From sequence record LR756508.1: a DNA stretch of 64,000 nucleotides; one strand, 5' to 3'. The position numbers were made by a program, and so were the translations under genes. Below the pieces are notes generated by a model, which was given only the letters and a program-made list of their open reading frames with translations, was not told where the DNA came from and searched no databases. How positions within the stretch are numbered: the stretch's first letter is position 1; each line of letters starts with the position of its first letter. Of the stretch, positions 19,405 through 29,186 are shown piece by piece.

Positions 19405-20193
19405 ATGGTTGATACAGTTGTCGAAGAACCTGAAGTAGAAAATGAAAATGAGACTGTCGAAAACGAACAAATTTCAAAAGACAGGCTCACATCTCATATT
19501 GATCGTTATTATCTTGGAGGAAATGTCGAGCACGTCAAGCTTCAAATCCAAGATGGCACTCTAAACTGCAATTTCATCTCAAATGATCAGAGCCTTGTAG
19601 GGAAGTTTGAGGTCGAAGACATGCCTCTCGAAGACTGCGAGCTTGGAATTTACGATACGGCAAAGCTTCGGAAGCTCATTAAAATCCTTGAAGACGAGAT
19701 TGACATTGAGGTCGAGTACGCTGCCGAAAAAGCCAAGGCCCTTCATATGAGAGATAACTTCAAGGAAGTTGATTTCCAGCTTGGAGAGCTTTCTATTATT
19801 CCAGATGCCCCATCTCTTAAGCAGATCCCTGACTTTGAAACTGTTGTAACGCTTGATAACCAGTTTATTTCCGATTTTATTGATGCTGAGAGGGCTTTGA
19901 AAGATTCTTCAACCTTTGCAGTTCAATCGGAAGGAAGTGACGTTGAAGTTATTCTTGGGTACTCTCAAAGAGGGAATACCAATAAGGTGTTCTTAAATCC
20001 TACTACCGAGCGCTTCGAGGAGATGGATCCGACAATGTTTGATTCGTCTGTGTTCTCCGAAATCCTTTCGGCAAATGACGATGCTGAAGAAATGAGTTGG
20101 GAAGTTTCTTCCCAAGGACTTTCACGAATTTCATTTTCTGGTGGCGACTTTGATCTCACGTATTACTTCGTCGCAAAGTCAGAAGCCGTGTAA
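19405..20193 (+). CDS. DNA polymerase sliding clamp (gp45/PCNA-like)
   Basis: 262 aa acidic protein between polB and the clamp loader; LGIYDTAKLRKLIKIL and C-terminal LTYYFVAK resemble phage clamps. Confidence 0.75.
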   Translation: MVDTVVEEPEVENENETVENEQISKDRLTSHIDRYYLGGNVEHVKLQIQDGTLNCNFISNDQSLVGKFEVEDMPLEDCELGIYDTAKLRKLIKILEDEIDIEVEYAAEKAKALHMRDNFKEVDFQLGELSIIPDAPSLKQIPDFETVVTLDNQFISDFIDAERALKDSSTFAVQSEGSDVEVILGYSQRGNTNKVFLNPTTERFEEMDPTMFDSSVFSEILSANDDAEEMSWEVSSQGLSRISFSGGDFDLTYYFVAKSEAV

Positions 20194-20234
20194 TTAAGTG
20201 TATTCTTATAGGAATAAAACCAAACACTACTTTT

Positions 20235-20666
20235 ATGGAAAGACAAAAAGTTTTAGATAAAATTGCTGAGTTGAGTAATCAAATTCATAAAGAGACTCTA
20301 CGTGGAGGCGCAGAGCTAGTTCTATTAAGCGAACGAGCATATGATTCGATTGAAGACGACATTGAAAACAGTATGCTTGACAACAGTCTTCACGTCATTC
20401 AACCAGGTGAGTGGGGTGATCCAGACGGTATCCCTGATTCTCCATGTGATATTCGTGCGATCTATTTTGGTGGAATGGTAGATATAAAACAGATTGGAGA
20501 TAATGTTAATCTAAGTTATGGTGATGATCTAGATGCTGCTGTTAAGGACCAGACAAAAAATGTAGAGAGTGGCGACCCAGATATGATGGATATACCTGAT
20601 ATCGATCTTGGATACACTGATGAACCCGTTGAAGACGTTTCAGAAGAATATACTTTTAAATCATAA
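20235..20666 (+). CDS. Hypothetical acidic protein
   Basis: 143 aa ORF in the operon. Confidence 0.6.
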   Translation: MERQKVLDKIAELSNQIHKETLRGGAELVLLSERAYDSIEDDIENSMLDNSLHVIQPGEWGDPDGIPDSPCDIRAIYFGGMVDIKQIGDNVNLSYGDDLDAAVKDQTKNVESGDPDMMDIPDIDLGYTDEPVEDVSEEYTFKS

Positions 20667-20677
20667 AATTAGATCAA

Positions 20678-22072
20678 ATGTCTGGATTCTTTGGAAAAGA
20701 CAGGGAGATGGAAATATGGGCAGAAAAATATCGTCCCGAGACGCTTGAAGACTATGTCGGAAATGATCATATTAAAGATAAAGTAGAGCGTTATATTGAG
20801 GAAGATGATATCCCTCATCTACTTTTTCATTCTAAAAAACCAGGTACAGGTAAATGCTTAGGTTATTCTGAAATGGTTGATGTAAAAATTGGAGCTGTTA
20901 ATTCCAATGAAAGAGAACTTAGACTTCCAGTAGGAAGACTTTTTGAGCTTCTTGGAATTGACAATAATAAATACGATAAGTTTCAAGAGGTTGGTTGGGA
21001 TGTTTCAATTAAAGATTCGGGTGGAGAGTATGTTAGTATAAACTCGCTTGTAAAAAAGAAAGGAAACGTTTTTTCTTATGAGTTTAAAGATGGCACGACT
21101 ATTACTTGTGATGAAAATCATCTCGTAAAAAACTGGAAGACTGGAGATTTCCAATGCATTTGTAATGTTCAGTTTGTCGAAACTGTTACAGGGAAAAAAG
21201 AAATTGTCGATAAGAAATTTGAGGGGTATAAAGATGTTTATGATTTTTCCTTGAATCATCCTCATGAATACGTGACCTCATCCGGAATTGTTTGTCATAA
21301 TACGTCACTGGCTAAAATTATTGTAAATAATATCGACTGCCAGTATATGTATATCAACGCATCTGATGAAAATAGCGTTGATACGATGAGAAATAAAATC
21401 AAGCAATATGCCAGTAATGTTGCTATTAACAACTTGAATGTCATAATTTTGGATGAGAGCGACATGCTTTCACCCCAATCACAGGCGGCACTCAGGCGAA
21501 TTATGGAAGATTTCGCTCAAACCACCCGCTTTATCCTCGCTTGCAACTTCGTGTCTAAGATAGTGGAGCCAGTAGTTTCGCGGACGCAGTCTTTTAAGGT
21601 TCTCCCCCCAAAAAAGTCTGAGGTAGCTAAAAAACTGGTAGGTATTTTACAAAATGAGGGAATTAAATTTGAAAAAAGTCAGGTTGGATTAATAGTAAAT
21701 CAGTATTATCCAGACATTCGGAAAGTATTTAACAATGCCCAGCAGAATACCATTGACGAAGAGCTTGTGGTGCATGAAGAAGACATGATTGAGTCTTCTT
21801 ATAAGTTTAAACTTCTTGAACTATTAAAAGATAGCTCAAAAAACCAAAACGATCTTTTCCAAGAAATTAGGGAGCTTACTGCAAGTGCTCCAATTGACTC
21901 ATACTCTGACGTGTATCGGTTCTTGTTCGATAAAGCCGACGAGTATGCCGAAGGGCATGTTGCTGAAGTCTACCTCCAGCTTGCCGAGTCTCTTTTCGAA
22001 GACTCAATGACAACTGATCCTGAAATTACTTTCTCTGCCTGCATCATTCAAATTATTGATATCATTCGTTAA
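20678..22072 (+). CDS. Clamp loader AAA+ subunit (gp44/RFC-small-like), intein-containing
   Basis: WAEKYRP, PGTGK|intein|TSLAK, INASDE, ILDESD, RFILACN, SRTQ. Confidence 0.92.
   Translation: MSGFFGKDREMEIWAEKYRPETLEDYVGNDHIKDKVERYIEEDDIPHLLFHSKKPGTGKCLGYSEMVDVKIGAVNSNERELRLPVGRLFELLGIDNNKYDKFQEVGWDVSIKDSGGEYVSINSLVKKKGNVFSYEFKDGTTITCDENHLVKNWKTGDFQCICNVQFVETVTGKKEIVDKKFEGYKDVYDFSLNHPHEYVTSSGIVCHNTSLAKIIVNNIDCQYMYINASDENSVDTMRNKIKQYASNVAINNLNVIILDESDMLSPQSQAALRRIMEDFAQTTRFILACNFVSKIVEPVVSRTQSFKVLPPKKSEVAKKLVGILQNEGIKFEKSQVGLIVNQYYPDIRKVFNNAQQNTIDEELVVHEEDMIESSYKFKLLELLKDSSKNQNDLFQEIRELTASAPIDSYSDVYRFLFDKADEYAEGHVAEVYLQLAESLFEDSMTTDPEITFSACIIQIIDIIR
20855..21301 (+). mobile_element. Mini-intein in the clamp-loader Walker A motif (149 aa)
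   Basis: GTGK|CLGYSEMV...TCDENH...VYDFSLNHPHEYVTSSGIVCHN|T. Confidence 0.92.
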
Positions 22073-22079
22073 CACGTGA

Positions 22080-23423
22080 CGTTCAAGAATGCCTCCGTCT
22101 TGGGAGGTGAATTGAACCACTTTAAGCTTCAAAATATATGCATAAGGTAAGAAAATTAAATATCGAAGATCCCGAGCTTGAAGAGCAGCTTAACGAGCTT
22201 GCGTCAGCTTCTGCAGACCTGTGGAACACGATTTGCACCTGGCACTGGCGGACGGTCGACCGCCAGGGCCACTGGCTCAGTCAGGGTGCGATGATGAGGT
22301 GGCACTGCAATGGCCATCCGTACTTTCATAGCCAGACGGCCCAGGCAGTCGCTGACCAGTTCTACAGCTCACTCAAAAGCTGGAGAGCCAGAGATCGAAA
22401 AGGCAAGCCACCTTTGGATCGTGAGAAAGAGTGGAACAAGATCTGCTGGAATTTCCAAGCCATCAAGCTTCGAAGCGATGGCCAACTAAGATTGTCGAAT
22501 GGACTTGGTAACGATCCAGTTCTGATTGACTGGCCTGTCAATGAAGAACCAGTATTTGTTGAGATCGGCTGGAATCAACGCTTTGAAGTCAGAGCTACAT
22601 ATGAAACCAAAACTGAAGATCGGACAACTGGAAACAAAATAGCTGGCGTCGACTTGGGCGAAAAGCACTTGGCAGCAGTTGCGACTGGTAGCGATAGCTT
22701 TCTTTTGAATGGAGGAAGGCTACGAGCAATAAGAAAATACCAAAACCAGACGAAAGCACGGCTACAAGAAAAAATCAGTAGAAAAGAGAGAGGATCTAGA
22801 CGCTGGAAAAGGCTTGTTAAAAGTAAGAACCAGCAGTTGGAGCATTTGGATAACAAGATCACGGACATCCTGCACAAGCTTTCCCGAAAACTGATCGACA
22901 TGTGCCTCGAACGCGATGTGTCGACAGTGGTGATCGGGAAGTTGAAGGGAATCCGAGATCATATCGATCACGGTCGATATCTAAACCAAAGGCTCCACCA
23001 GTGGGCGCATGGGACTTTTGGCGACTACATCGAGTATAAAGCGAAAGATAATGGCATTGAGGTCAAGTATGTTGAAGAAGCCTATACGTCCCAGACTTGT
23101 CCTCGATGTGGAGCGGCAGATGAGTCTCATAAGAATGGACGTAACTTTGAGTGCTTGAATTGCAGTTATGAAGCCCACAGAGATTCGGTTGGAGCCTGGA
23201 ACATAAGGAAGAAGTATGTCAGCGAGGATGCGGATCGAAGCGTATCTAGCTGTCTACCTGGAGCGATGGCGTCTCCCTCGGGAGTGCGGCACGAGCCGCA
23301 CCTCCCGTGTAGCTCGCGGAGCAAAGATCCCTGCTTGCCAAATCCTTGTTAGGAACGCGAGAAAGATTGTTTTCACTGTAATTTGAACAAGAATCCCCTC
23401 GCTTTAGCGAGGAGAGACGTCAA
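22080..23423 (+). mobile_element. IS200/IS605-family (IS1341-type, tnpB only) insertion sequence
   Basis: Left hairpin AAGAATGCCTCCGTCTTGGGAGG near 22086; right end AAGAATCCCCTCGCTTTAGCGAGGAGAGACGTCAA ends at 23423; higher GC than flanks; left boundary approximate. Confidence 0.8.
22138..23352 (+). CDS. tnpB: TnpB RNA-guided endonuclease
   Basis: AGVDLGEKHLA, LHKLSRKLI, YTSQTCPRCG, FECLNC, HRDSVGAWNI. Confidence 0.92.
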   Translation: MHKVRKLNIEDPELEEQLNELASASADLWNTICTWHWRTVDRQGHWLSQGAMMRWHCNGHPYFHSQTAQAVADQFYSSLKSWRARDRKGKPPLDREKEWNKICWNFQAIKLRSDGQLRLSNGLGNDPVLIDWPVNEEPVFVEIGWNQRFEVRATYETKTEDRTTGNKIAGVDLGEKHLAAVATGSDSFLLNGGRLRAIRKYQNQTKARLQEKISRKERGSRRWKRLVKSKNQQLEHLDNKITDILHKLSRKLIDMCLERDVSTVVIGKLKGIRDHIDHGRYLNQRLHQWAHGTFGDYIEYKAKDNGIEVKYVEEAYTSQTCPRCGAADESHKNGRNFECLNCSYEAHRDSVGAWNIRKKYVSEDADRSVSSCLPGAMASPSGVRHEPHLPCSSRSKDPCLPNPC

Positions 23424-23443
23424 TATGGCGATGTGGAAAAGAG
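23230..23443 (+). ncRNA. Predicted TnpB omega/reRNA (tnpB 3' end to IS right end, plus about 20 nt guide)
   Basis: Inferred from the known TnpB architecture; 5' boundary is a guess. Confidence 0.45.
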
Positions 23444-24369
23444 ATGATAAGCCTTCTACAGTTTTTGACCTTTTTACAGGCGAAGAAAGCGACGAGTACC
23501 AACGTCAATCTTTTACCCAATGGTCAAGAGATGGACAAAATTTTATTCCGACAAGACAAACCCAAAACCAACTTCCAGCGGGATATTATGAGATTGGCCA
23601 CAACCAAAAGCACGGCGTTTTCTTAGAAAAGGTTCCCGTAAACACTGAGGAGCTTGTCCGTTTTCCCGACAGCACATTTGATAACGTAATTCAAGAAATT
23701 AAAACGTTTTGGGACAGGGAGGAAATTTTCCGAGAGTACGGCATACCGTTCAAAAGAGGAATTCTCCTATATGGGGAGCCAGGAACTGGCAAGAGTTGTC
23801 TTGTCAAGCTTATAATGAGCGACGTAATTACGAGAGGTGGGATCGTTTTGAATTTTGAGCACCCTGAAACGTTTAAAATGGGAGTTCGGGCACTGCGAGA
23901 GGTTCATCCCGATAAACCCATTGTTGTCGTTATGGAAGACGTTGATTCAATTCTTGAAAACACTTCTAGAACCGAAGTTTTAAATATTTTGGATGGAGTG
24001 ACAAAAACAGACAAAATTGTCTTCCTGGCAACAACGAATTATCCCGAAAAACTCGAAGAAAGGATTACAAACAGGCCCTCTCGGTTTGATAAAAGGTACG
24101 AAATTGATATGCTCGGGGAGGAGTCAAGAAAGATGTATTTTGATTTTCTTTTCGATAAAGTGCCTGAGGAGGAGGTAGAAAAAGAAGGATATGACGTCGA
24201 GAAGTGGGCAAAAGATACGAAAGAACTTACAATTTCACATCTCAATGAGCTTTTCGTGGCAGTTGTGATTCTAGGGGACGATTACGATGAAACTCTTAAT
24301 ACTTTAAAAGAAATGGACAATAAACTATCTACCACTCCGAAGGGAAATGGAGTTGGGTTTTCACAGTAA
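23425..24369 (+). CDS. AAA+ ATPase (BCS1-like); start corrected to lie outside the IS
   Basis: ILLYGEPGTGKS, VMEDVD, LATTNYPEKL, RPSRFD. The track start at 23383 falls inside the IS right end. Confidence 0.88.
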   Translation: MAMWKRDDKPSTVFDLFTGEESDEYQRQSFTQWSRDGQNFIPTRQTQNQLPAGYYEIGHNQKHGVFLEKVPVNTEELVRFPDSTFDNVIQEIKTFWDREEIFREYGIPFKRGILLYGEPGTGKSCLVKLIMSDVITRGGIVLNFEHPETFKMGVRALREVHPDKPIVVVMEDVDSILENTSRTEVLNILDGVTKTDKIVFLATTNYPEKLEERITNRPSRFDKRYEIDMLGEESRKMYFDFLFDKVPEEEVEKEGYDVEKWAKDTKELTISHLNELFVAVVILGDDYDETLNTLKEMDNKLSTTPKGNGVGFSQ

Positions 24370-24392
24370 TATAAACTAAAAACTTAAATATT

Positions 24393-24653
24393 ATGGATTT
24401 GAAAGGACAATCATCAGGGCTTAATCCACAACCTTCCGGTGGTGGGAAACCCAATATCGATTTTGACGACTTGATTGATGTGACGTGTAACGAATGCGAT
24501 AACCATACATTCGAGCAGGTTCGAGTAATCAAGAAGCTCTCAAAGCTTATGTCGCCAAAAGGAGAAGAAGGAATTGTTCCAATTCCAGTGTTCAAGTGCG
24601 ACGAGTGTGGGAATATCAACGACGAGTTTTTGGACTTTAGCAAAAACGAGTAG
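24393..24653 (+). CDS. Small Zn-ribbon protein
   Basis: CNECDN ... CDECGN. Confidence 0.7.
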   Translation: MDLKGQSSGLNPQPSGGGKPNIDFDDLIDVTCNECDNHTFEQVRVIKKLSKLMSPKGEEGIVPIPVFKCDECGNINDEFLDFSKNE

Positions 24654-24655
24654 GT

Positions 24656-25471
24656 ATGAGGAAGGTTGAAACCATCAACCAGTGGGAAGGTTCCGAGCAC
24701 CTTTCCGACGGAGAAGTAAAAGAGTTCTACGACTCTCATATCGAGTGGCTTCAAAACCAGTCTTTCAGTGAGCTTCCAATACACAGGAAGTATTGGATTG
24801 AAGCTACGGAAGTAAAAAACGAAGACAATTGGAACTTTCAAAGGTGTGAGATTCGCACTCCGCACCGTAGAAGCGGAGAGATGATGCTTGAACAAAGTGT
24901 CAAAATTGGAGTTTACAACCGAAACTATCACAGCTTCGCCGAAGGCACGTTTCATCCGTTCCATAAAAACGGGCAAGATTACGCCTTGTATTCTCCAGAT
25001 TATACTTCTACACGGATAATGAAATTGCCTGAGTGTGAGGACATAGGCGGAGAGAAACCAAACAAAACTGGCTTCTGTCCTGTCGAGTATTTTGTTCCAT
25101 GTAATAAGCGGAATTCCGATAAGTATAAAACTTTCAATGTGGACTTTGGTTTTGTTAAAGGTTGCGTTTGGGGCGATGATTCCTCGATGAACGTCCAGTA
25201 TATTGATCTAACGAATGCAGAAGAGGGGGAAATCGAGCGAAAACCTGAAAAATTGGGATATCACGAGCTTCCAGAGAACGTCCCACTAAAAAAAGCGGTA
25301 GACTTAGGCCACTATAACGACGATCCAGATTTTACGGAGTGGGAGAATCAGATTTCTATTGCTAGTTATCGGTCTTTTAAAGTCGACGCCGATCTAAATT
25401 TTCACTTTCAACGCGATGGCCTCTCGGCTGAGAAAAAAGAAGAGGACAAAGAATTCGTTGAATTTAACTAA
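24656..25471 (+). CDS. Hypothetical protein
   Basis: 271 aa ORF with codon style like its neighbours. Confidence 0.7.
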   Translation: MRKVETINQWEGSEHLSDGEVKEFYDSHIEWLQNQSFSELPIHRKYWIEATEVKNEDNWNFQRCEIRTPHRRSGEMMLEQSVKIGVYNRNYHSFAEGTFHPFHKNGQDYALYSPDYTSTRIMKLPECEDIGGEKPNKTGFCPVEYFVPCNKRNSDKYKTFNVDFGFVKGCVWGDDSSMNVQYIDLTNAEEGEIERKPEKLGYHELPENVPLKKAVDLGHYNDDPDFTEWENQISIASYRSFKVDADLNFHFQRDGLSAEKKEEDKEFVEFN

Positions 25472-25482
25472 GAGAAAAAAAC

Positions 25483-25683
25483 ATGCCTTTGTATTGCTAC
25501 TTTTGTCCAGAATGCGAAAGACAAGAAGAACTGCGCTTAGAATTTGATCACGACACTCCAACCTGCAGCGAGAGTCACGAAGAAGTAGCAATGAAAAGAG
25601 ATTTTGGAAAAGAAGGGATGCCTGGGATTCATTTTAAAGGAGAAGGAGAAAATACTGGATTCCATTCTGTTGATTACGATTGA
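25483..25683 (+). CDS. FmdB-family zinc-ribbon protein
   Basis: MPLYCYFCPEC...TC...IHFKG..GF...DY pattern. Confidence 0.75.
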   Translation: MPLYCYFCPECERQEELRLEFDHDTPTCSESHEEVAMKRDFGKEGMPGIHFKGEGENTGFHSVDYD

Positions 25684-26045
25684 ATGTTCAAAACTTGCAT
25701 TTTATGCCTGATTTAGCAAAACAATTAGCTTGTGATCCAGACTGGCCCGCTCCCAAACGAAATCCAGTATTTTACTCAATGAGCCAGTGGGAGAGGGTTC
25801 AACGTCTCTCTAGTTCCAACTGGCCAGATTTAAACTGGTCAAACGAGTGGGTTGCTTTTTTCGAGGAAGAGGATTTTGACCGTCAGATTGCCGTCGACGC
25901 TCGAAGTGGAAAGCTCCAGAAAGCATTTGGATTAAATGAAATGGATTCGATTGAAGAGATTGAAACCAAGCCAAGAGCTAAAGCTTACCTGCGTTCAATA
26001 AAAGATCGCCATCAGGGAAACGAGGGCCTCCAGCCACTTCCTTGA
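25680..26045 (+). CDS. Hypothetical protein
   Basis: ORF overlaps the upstream stop; start may be 25702. Confidence 0.55.
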   Translation: MNVQNLHFMPDLAKQLACDPDWPAPKRNPVFYSMSQWERVQRLSSSNWPDLNWSNEWVAFFEEEDFDRQIAVDARSGKLQKAFGLNEMDSIEEIETKPRAKAYLRSIKDRHQGNEGLQPLP

Positions 26046-26126
26046 TATATTTTTAAAATTGTTAAACTTAAAACGGACCTGTTTTCAGACGCGTGGCTTC
26101 TCCCCTCAAAAAAAATTAAACAACCA

Positions 26127-26483
26127 ATGAACGAGTCAAAAGAAGAACTTACACAACAAATTCTTAATGAGGGGGAAGACGTCGATTTTAGCCAAAAAGA
26201 GTTTAAATTGTCCGAAGAAGAGGTGGGGAAGATTGAGAGCATTGGAAAAGAAAACTTTGATTACTGCGTTACTGCTCTGCTTTATGAACGAAATTCTGAT
26301 CACGAATTTGAACTTAATGAGGAAGAAAACAAAATAGCAATCGATGATTTCATTGAGCTTGAGTTTAACCCTGAAGTTTGGCTTACTCAAAACGATACTC
26401 AAAAAGAGGCAATCGCAAATGCAGTAGGATACATTTCAACTGTGTTTGTTAATAATATTGAAAATTTTCAAGAAGAGGAATAA
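26127..26483 (+). CDS. Hypothetical acidic protein
   Basis: 118 aa E-rich ORF. Confidence 0.6.
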   Translation: MNESKEELTQQILNEGEDVDFSQKEFKLSEEEVGKIESIGKENFDYCVTALLYERNSDHEFELNEEENKIAIDDFIELEFNPEVWLTQNDTQKEAIANAVGYISTVFVNNIENFQEEE

Positions 26484-26525
26484 GTATAGTGTATTCACAT
26501 CTTAGCTAATATCGCGTGTTTTTTT

Positions 26526-26990
26526 ATGGGTGATGACGATGAAAAAGGACTTTTTGATCACTTAAATGTCGTAAAGCAGGATAAAGATCCAGACTACTGG
26601 GGTCGCCTGTCTGATAGTGAAAAGAAAGACTGGTCGACTTTTATGATCGAACGTTTCCTTTCCTGCAATCCTGCGTTTACCCCCATAATATCGGAATTAA
26701 AACCATACACTCAGGAAATGGAGGATCGACATGTGTATCGACTCTATGCTGAAATACTCCCATATGATGGGGAATATTGGGAATATGTAAGCAATAAGAA
26801 TAAAGAAAAGTATCCCGATTGGATTGTTGAAACATTGTCCGATTACTATAAGATTTCTTGTGAGGAAGCAAGGGAGTATATTGATGTGTTTCTTTCAAAG
26901 GGTGAAGAAGGAAAAGAAAAAATCAAGTCAATTCTTGGAAAGTATGGGATTGAAGACGATAAACTCAAAAATGTATCGAAAATCGGATAA
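26526..26990 (+). CDS. Clamp loader small subunit (gp62-like)
   Basis: LFDHLN..K, FMIERFLS, LYAEILP and C-terminal helical pattern typical of gp62-like proteins; gp44-like gene is upstream. Confidence 0.65.
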   Translation: MGDDDEKGLFDHLNVVKQDKDPDYWGRLSDSEKKDWSTFMIERFLSCNPAFTPIISELKPYTQEMEDRHVYRLYAEILPYDGEYWEYVSNKNKEKYPDWIVETLSDYYKISCEEAREYIDVFLSKGEEGKEKIKSILGKYGIEDDKLKNVSKIG

Positions 26991-27033
26991 CTGTTCATTT
27001 TGAAATCAACTGTAAAGTTAAGGATTTAAGAAT

Positions 27034-27294
27034 ATGGAGAATAGATTTCAGTTTACAAAAAAATTTCTTTCAGAGGTCCAAGATCAAGTCGGAATGTTTT
27101 CGACCATTTCACTTTCTTATGGTCCTCAAGGCTATTCGATGATTGTTAGTTTCCACGAAAATGAGGATATTGGTGAGGATGAAGTTTTGCACGTAAAATT
27201 TGACGATTCAGATTTTCAAGACGACAGGGTTTACGAGGAATCAATTATCGAGCAGATCGAAGATTATGTTAATGAAAATATTCAACAAACGTAA
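27034..27294 (+). CDS. Hypothetical acidic protein
   Basis: 86 aa ORF. Confidence 0.55.
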   Translation: MENRFQFTKKFLSEVQDQVGMFSTISLSYGPQGYSMIVSFHENEDIGEDEVLHVKFDDSDFQDDRVYEESIIEQIEDYVNENIQQT

Positions 27295-27301
27295 AACGGT
27301 T

Positions 27302-27712
27302 ATGGAAAAAACGGAAGAAGAAATTCTTAACGAGATTTCCAATCTCAGTGAGAAATTGGATGTTGATTTCTCGATGAACCCCCAAACCACGTTGGAAGAG
27401 TTTCAGAGTCGAGTTGACGCCTTACTTAACTACGCAAGAGAAACAAGAGAAGAAAAAAACCCTGCGTATTCAGGTGATAACGATTACCATGAAAACTTTA
27501 AAACTGCAGCTAAGTTTTTAGATGTTCGTCCAATTACAGTTGCTGCAATTTATTATTGGAAGCACGTTTCGGCTATACTGAGTTATGCTAAAGATAAAGA
27601 TATCGAGCAGGCAGAATCTTTAGAGTCAAGGTTTGTAGACTGCTTAAATTACTCCTTCATCATGTATAGCTTGTATAAAGAAGAACAAGAATTTCAAAAC
27701 AAAACTGATTAG
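27302..27712 (+). CDS. MazG/dUTPase-like all-alpha protein (DUF1599/nucleotide-modification-associated-like)
   Basis: EKNPAYSG..YHENF...KH...ESLESRFVDCLNY; ATG 27302 preferred as start. Confidence 0.5.
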   Translation: MEKTEEEILNEISNLSEKLDVDFSMNPQTTLEEFQSRVDALLNYARETREEKNPAYSGDNDYHENFKTAAKFLDVRPITVAAIYYWKHVSAILSYAKDKDIEQAESLESRFVDCLNYSFIMYSLYKEEQEFQNKTD

Positions 27713-27716
27713 GTTT

Positions 27717-28040
27717 ATGAACTTTCCAAGACAGGTTAGCAAAAAAGAGGTGGTTCCAGCACTTCGAAAGTTTTATAAGAGCGTAGACGAAAACATCCGA
27801 CAAACTTACGAAGAGTTTGATGGAAATGTGTCAGGAAACATGGAAGAGATTGATTTTAACCAAGGAAAATTTCAGGCTGTAATCCGAGACATCCGTAACG
27901 GTAACGATCAAGTAACCGTAGAATTTTATGATGTTGAAATTATTCCTGGAGCCACGCCACGAATGAGAAAACAAGTAAATAGCTTTCAGCTTAATTTTCG
28001 TTATGGCAAGTGGTTTCGTGAAGAAAATGTCGTAAACTGA
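27717..28040 (+). CDS. Hypothetical protein
   Basis: 107 aa ORF. Confidence 0.55.
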   Translation: MNFPRQVSKKEVVPALRKFYKSVDENIRQTYEEFDGNVSGNMEEIDFNQGKFQAVIRDIRNGNDQVTVEFYDVEIIPGATPRMRKQVNSFQLNFRYGKWFREENVVN

Positions 28041-28041
28041 G

Positions 28042-28335
28042 ATGGACTTAAAAAAGTTCTATGAAAGGTATAACGAGTTTGAAAACCAAGCTTTTATCCT
28101 TTTCAAAGAAAAGGTTAAAAAAGATAATCCCGATGAAAGTTTTTCTTTTAAGCTCTCTTCATCTCGCTTAGAAGAAGATCACTTCTTTCTTAACATCCTT
28201 GAAAAACACGTTTTTTCATCAGTTGGGAGTTTTGAGAAGTTTGAGGTCAAAGTCCCCTTCAACTGTATAGAGCGGGATAGTCTTGAAGAAGTTGAATACA
28301 AACGTAAAGTCGCATCTGGCCTAGGTCTGTTTTGA
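28042..28335 (+). CDS. Hypothetical protein
   Basis: 97 aa ORF. Confidence 0.55.
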   Translation: MDLKKFYERYNEFENQAFILFKEKVKKDNPDESFSFKLSSSRLEEDHFFLNILEKHVFSSVGSFEKFEVKVPFNCIERDSLEEVEYKRKVASGLGLF

Positions 28336-29157
28336 ATGTCTAAAAGCAAAAGGACTTCTGATAAATTTTATACGAAAAAAGAAGTAGCCAGGGACCTAAT
28401 CTCTGAGGTTCCACTTGAAAAGTTTGAAAATATAATTGAACCTTCAGCGGGAACTGGTTCTTTTTCCTCTAAAATCGACGGCTGCATAGCCATCGACACC
28501 GATCCCCAGTCTAAAGAGATAAAAAAACAAGATTTTTTTGACTTTGAGTTTCATGGAGATCCTTCTAACACAATAGTGCTCGGCAACCCACCTTTTGGTA
28601 GGCAGGGCAGTAAAGCCCTCTCATTTATAAGAAAAGCTTCAGAAATCGCCGATGCCATAGGATTTATTTTGCCTAAGTCTTTTAAAAAAGATTCAATGAA
28701 AAGGAAGGTTCCCGACCATTTCCACGTCCAAAAAGAAATTGACCTTCCAGAAAAAAGTTTTGTTTACAGAGGCGAAGACCATGAGGTTCCTGTCGTGTTT
28801 CAACTCTGGATCAGAGAGGACGTGCCGAGGTTGAAGTATGGAGAGAACGAGCCCCTCGGCTATACCTTTTTAAAAACCCCCAAATATGCAGATTTCACAG
28901 TTCGAAGGGTTGGGGTGCATGCTGGTGAGGCCAGCCTTACTTCTCTCGATAAATCCCCACAAAGCCACTATTTTTTGCGCTTAGACAAACGAATAAAGTC
29001 AAAGAGGGCAAAAATTGTCAAGAGTCTTAACCAAACCGAGTTTCCATCCGCAGAAGATACTTCTGGCCCAAATTCAATTTCAAAAGGTGAGTTTATCTGC
29101 AAGTTAAATCCTATTATTGAGGAAATGTCTGATCTAAGTGAACTTAGATTTTGGTAA
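28336..29157 (+). CDS. N6-adenine DNA methyltransferase (motif I before motif IV)
   Basis: DKFYTK, IIEPSAGTGSF, VLGNPPFG, FILPKSF. Confidence 0.88.
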   Translation: MSKSKRTSDKFYTKKEVARDLISEVPLEKFENIIEPSAGTGSFSSKIDGCIAIDTDPQSKEIKKQDFFDFEFHGDPSNTIVLGNPPFGRQGSKALSFIRKASEIADAIGFILPKSFKKDSMKRKVPDHFHVQKEIDLPEKSFVYRGEDHEVPVVFQLWIREDVPRLKYGENEPLGYTFLKTPKYADFTVRRVGVHAGEASLTSLDKSPQSHYFLRLDKRIKSKRAKIVKSLNQTEFPSAEDTSGPNSISKGEFICKLNPIIEEMSDLSELRFW

Positions 29158-29186
29158 GCGAGCTATTAGCATCAAAAATATAACTC

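Noticed and set aside
23383-23424. N-terminal extension of the AAA ATPase in the ORF track
   Set aside because: This stretch is the IS right-end hairpin; the real start is ATG 23425 or 23431.
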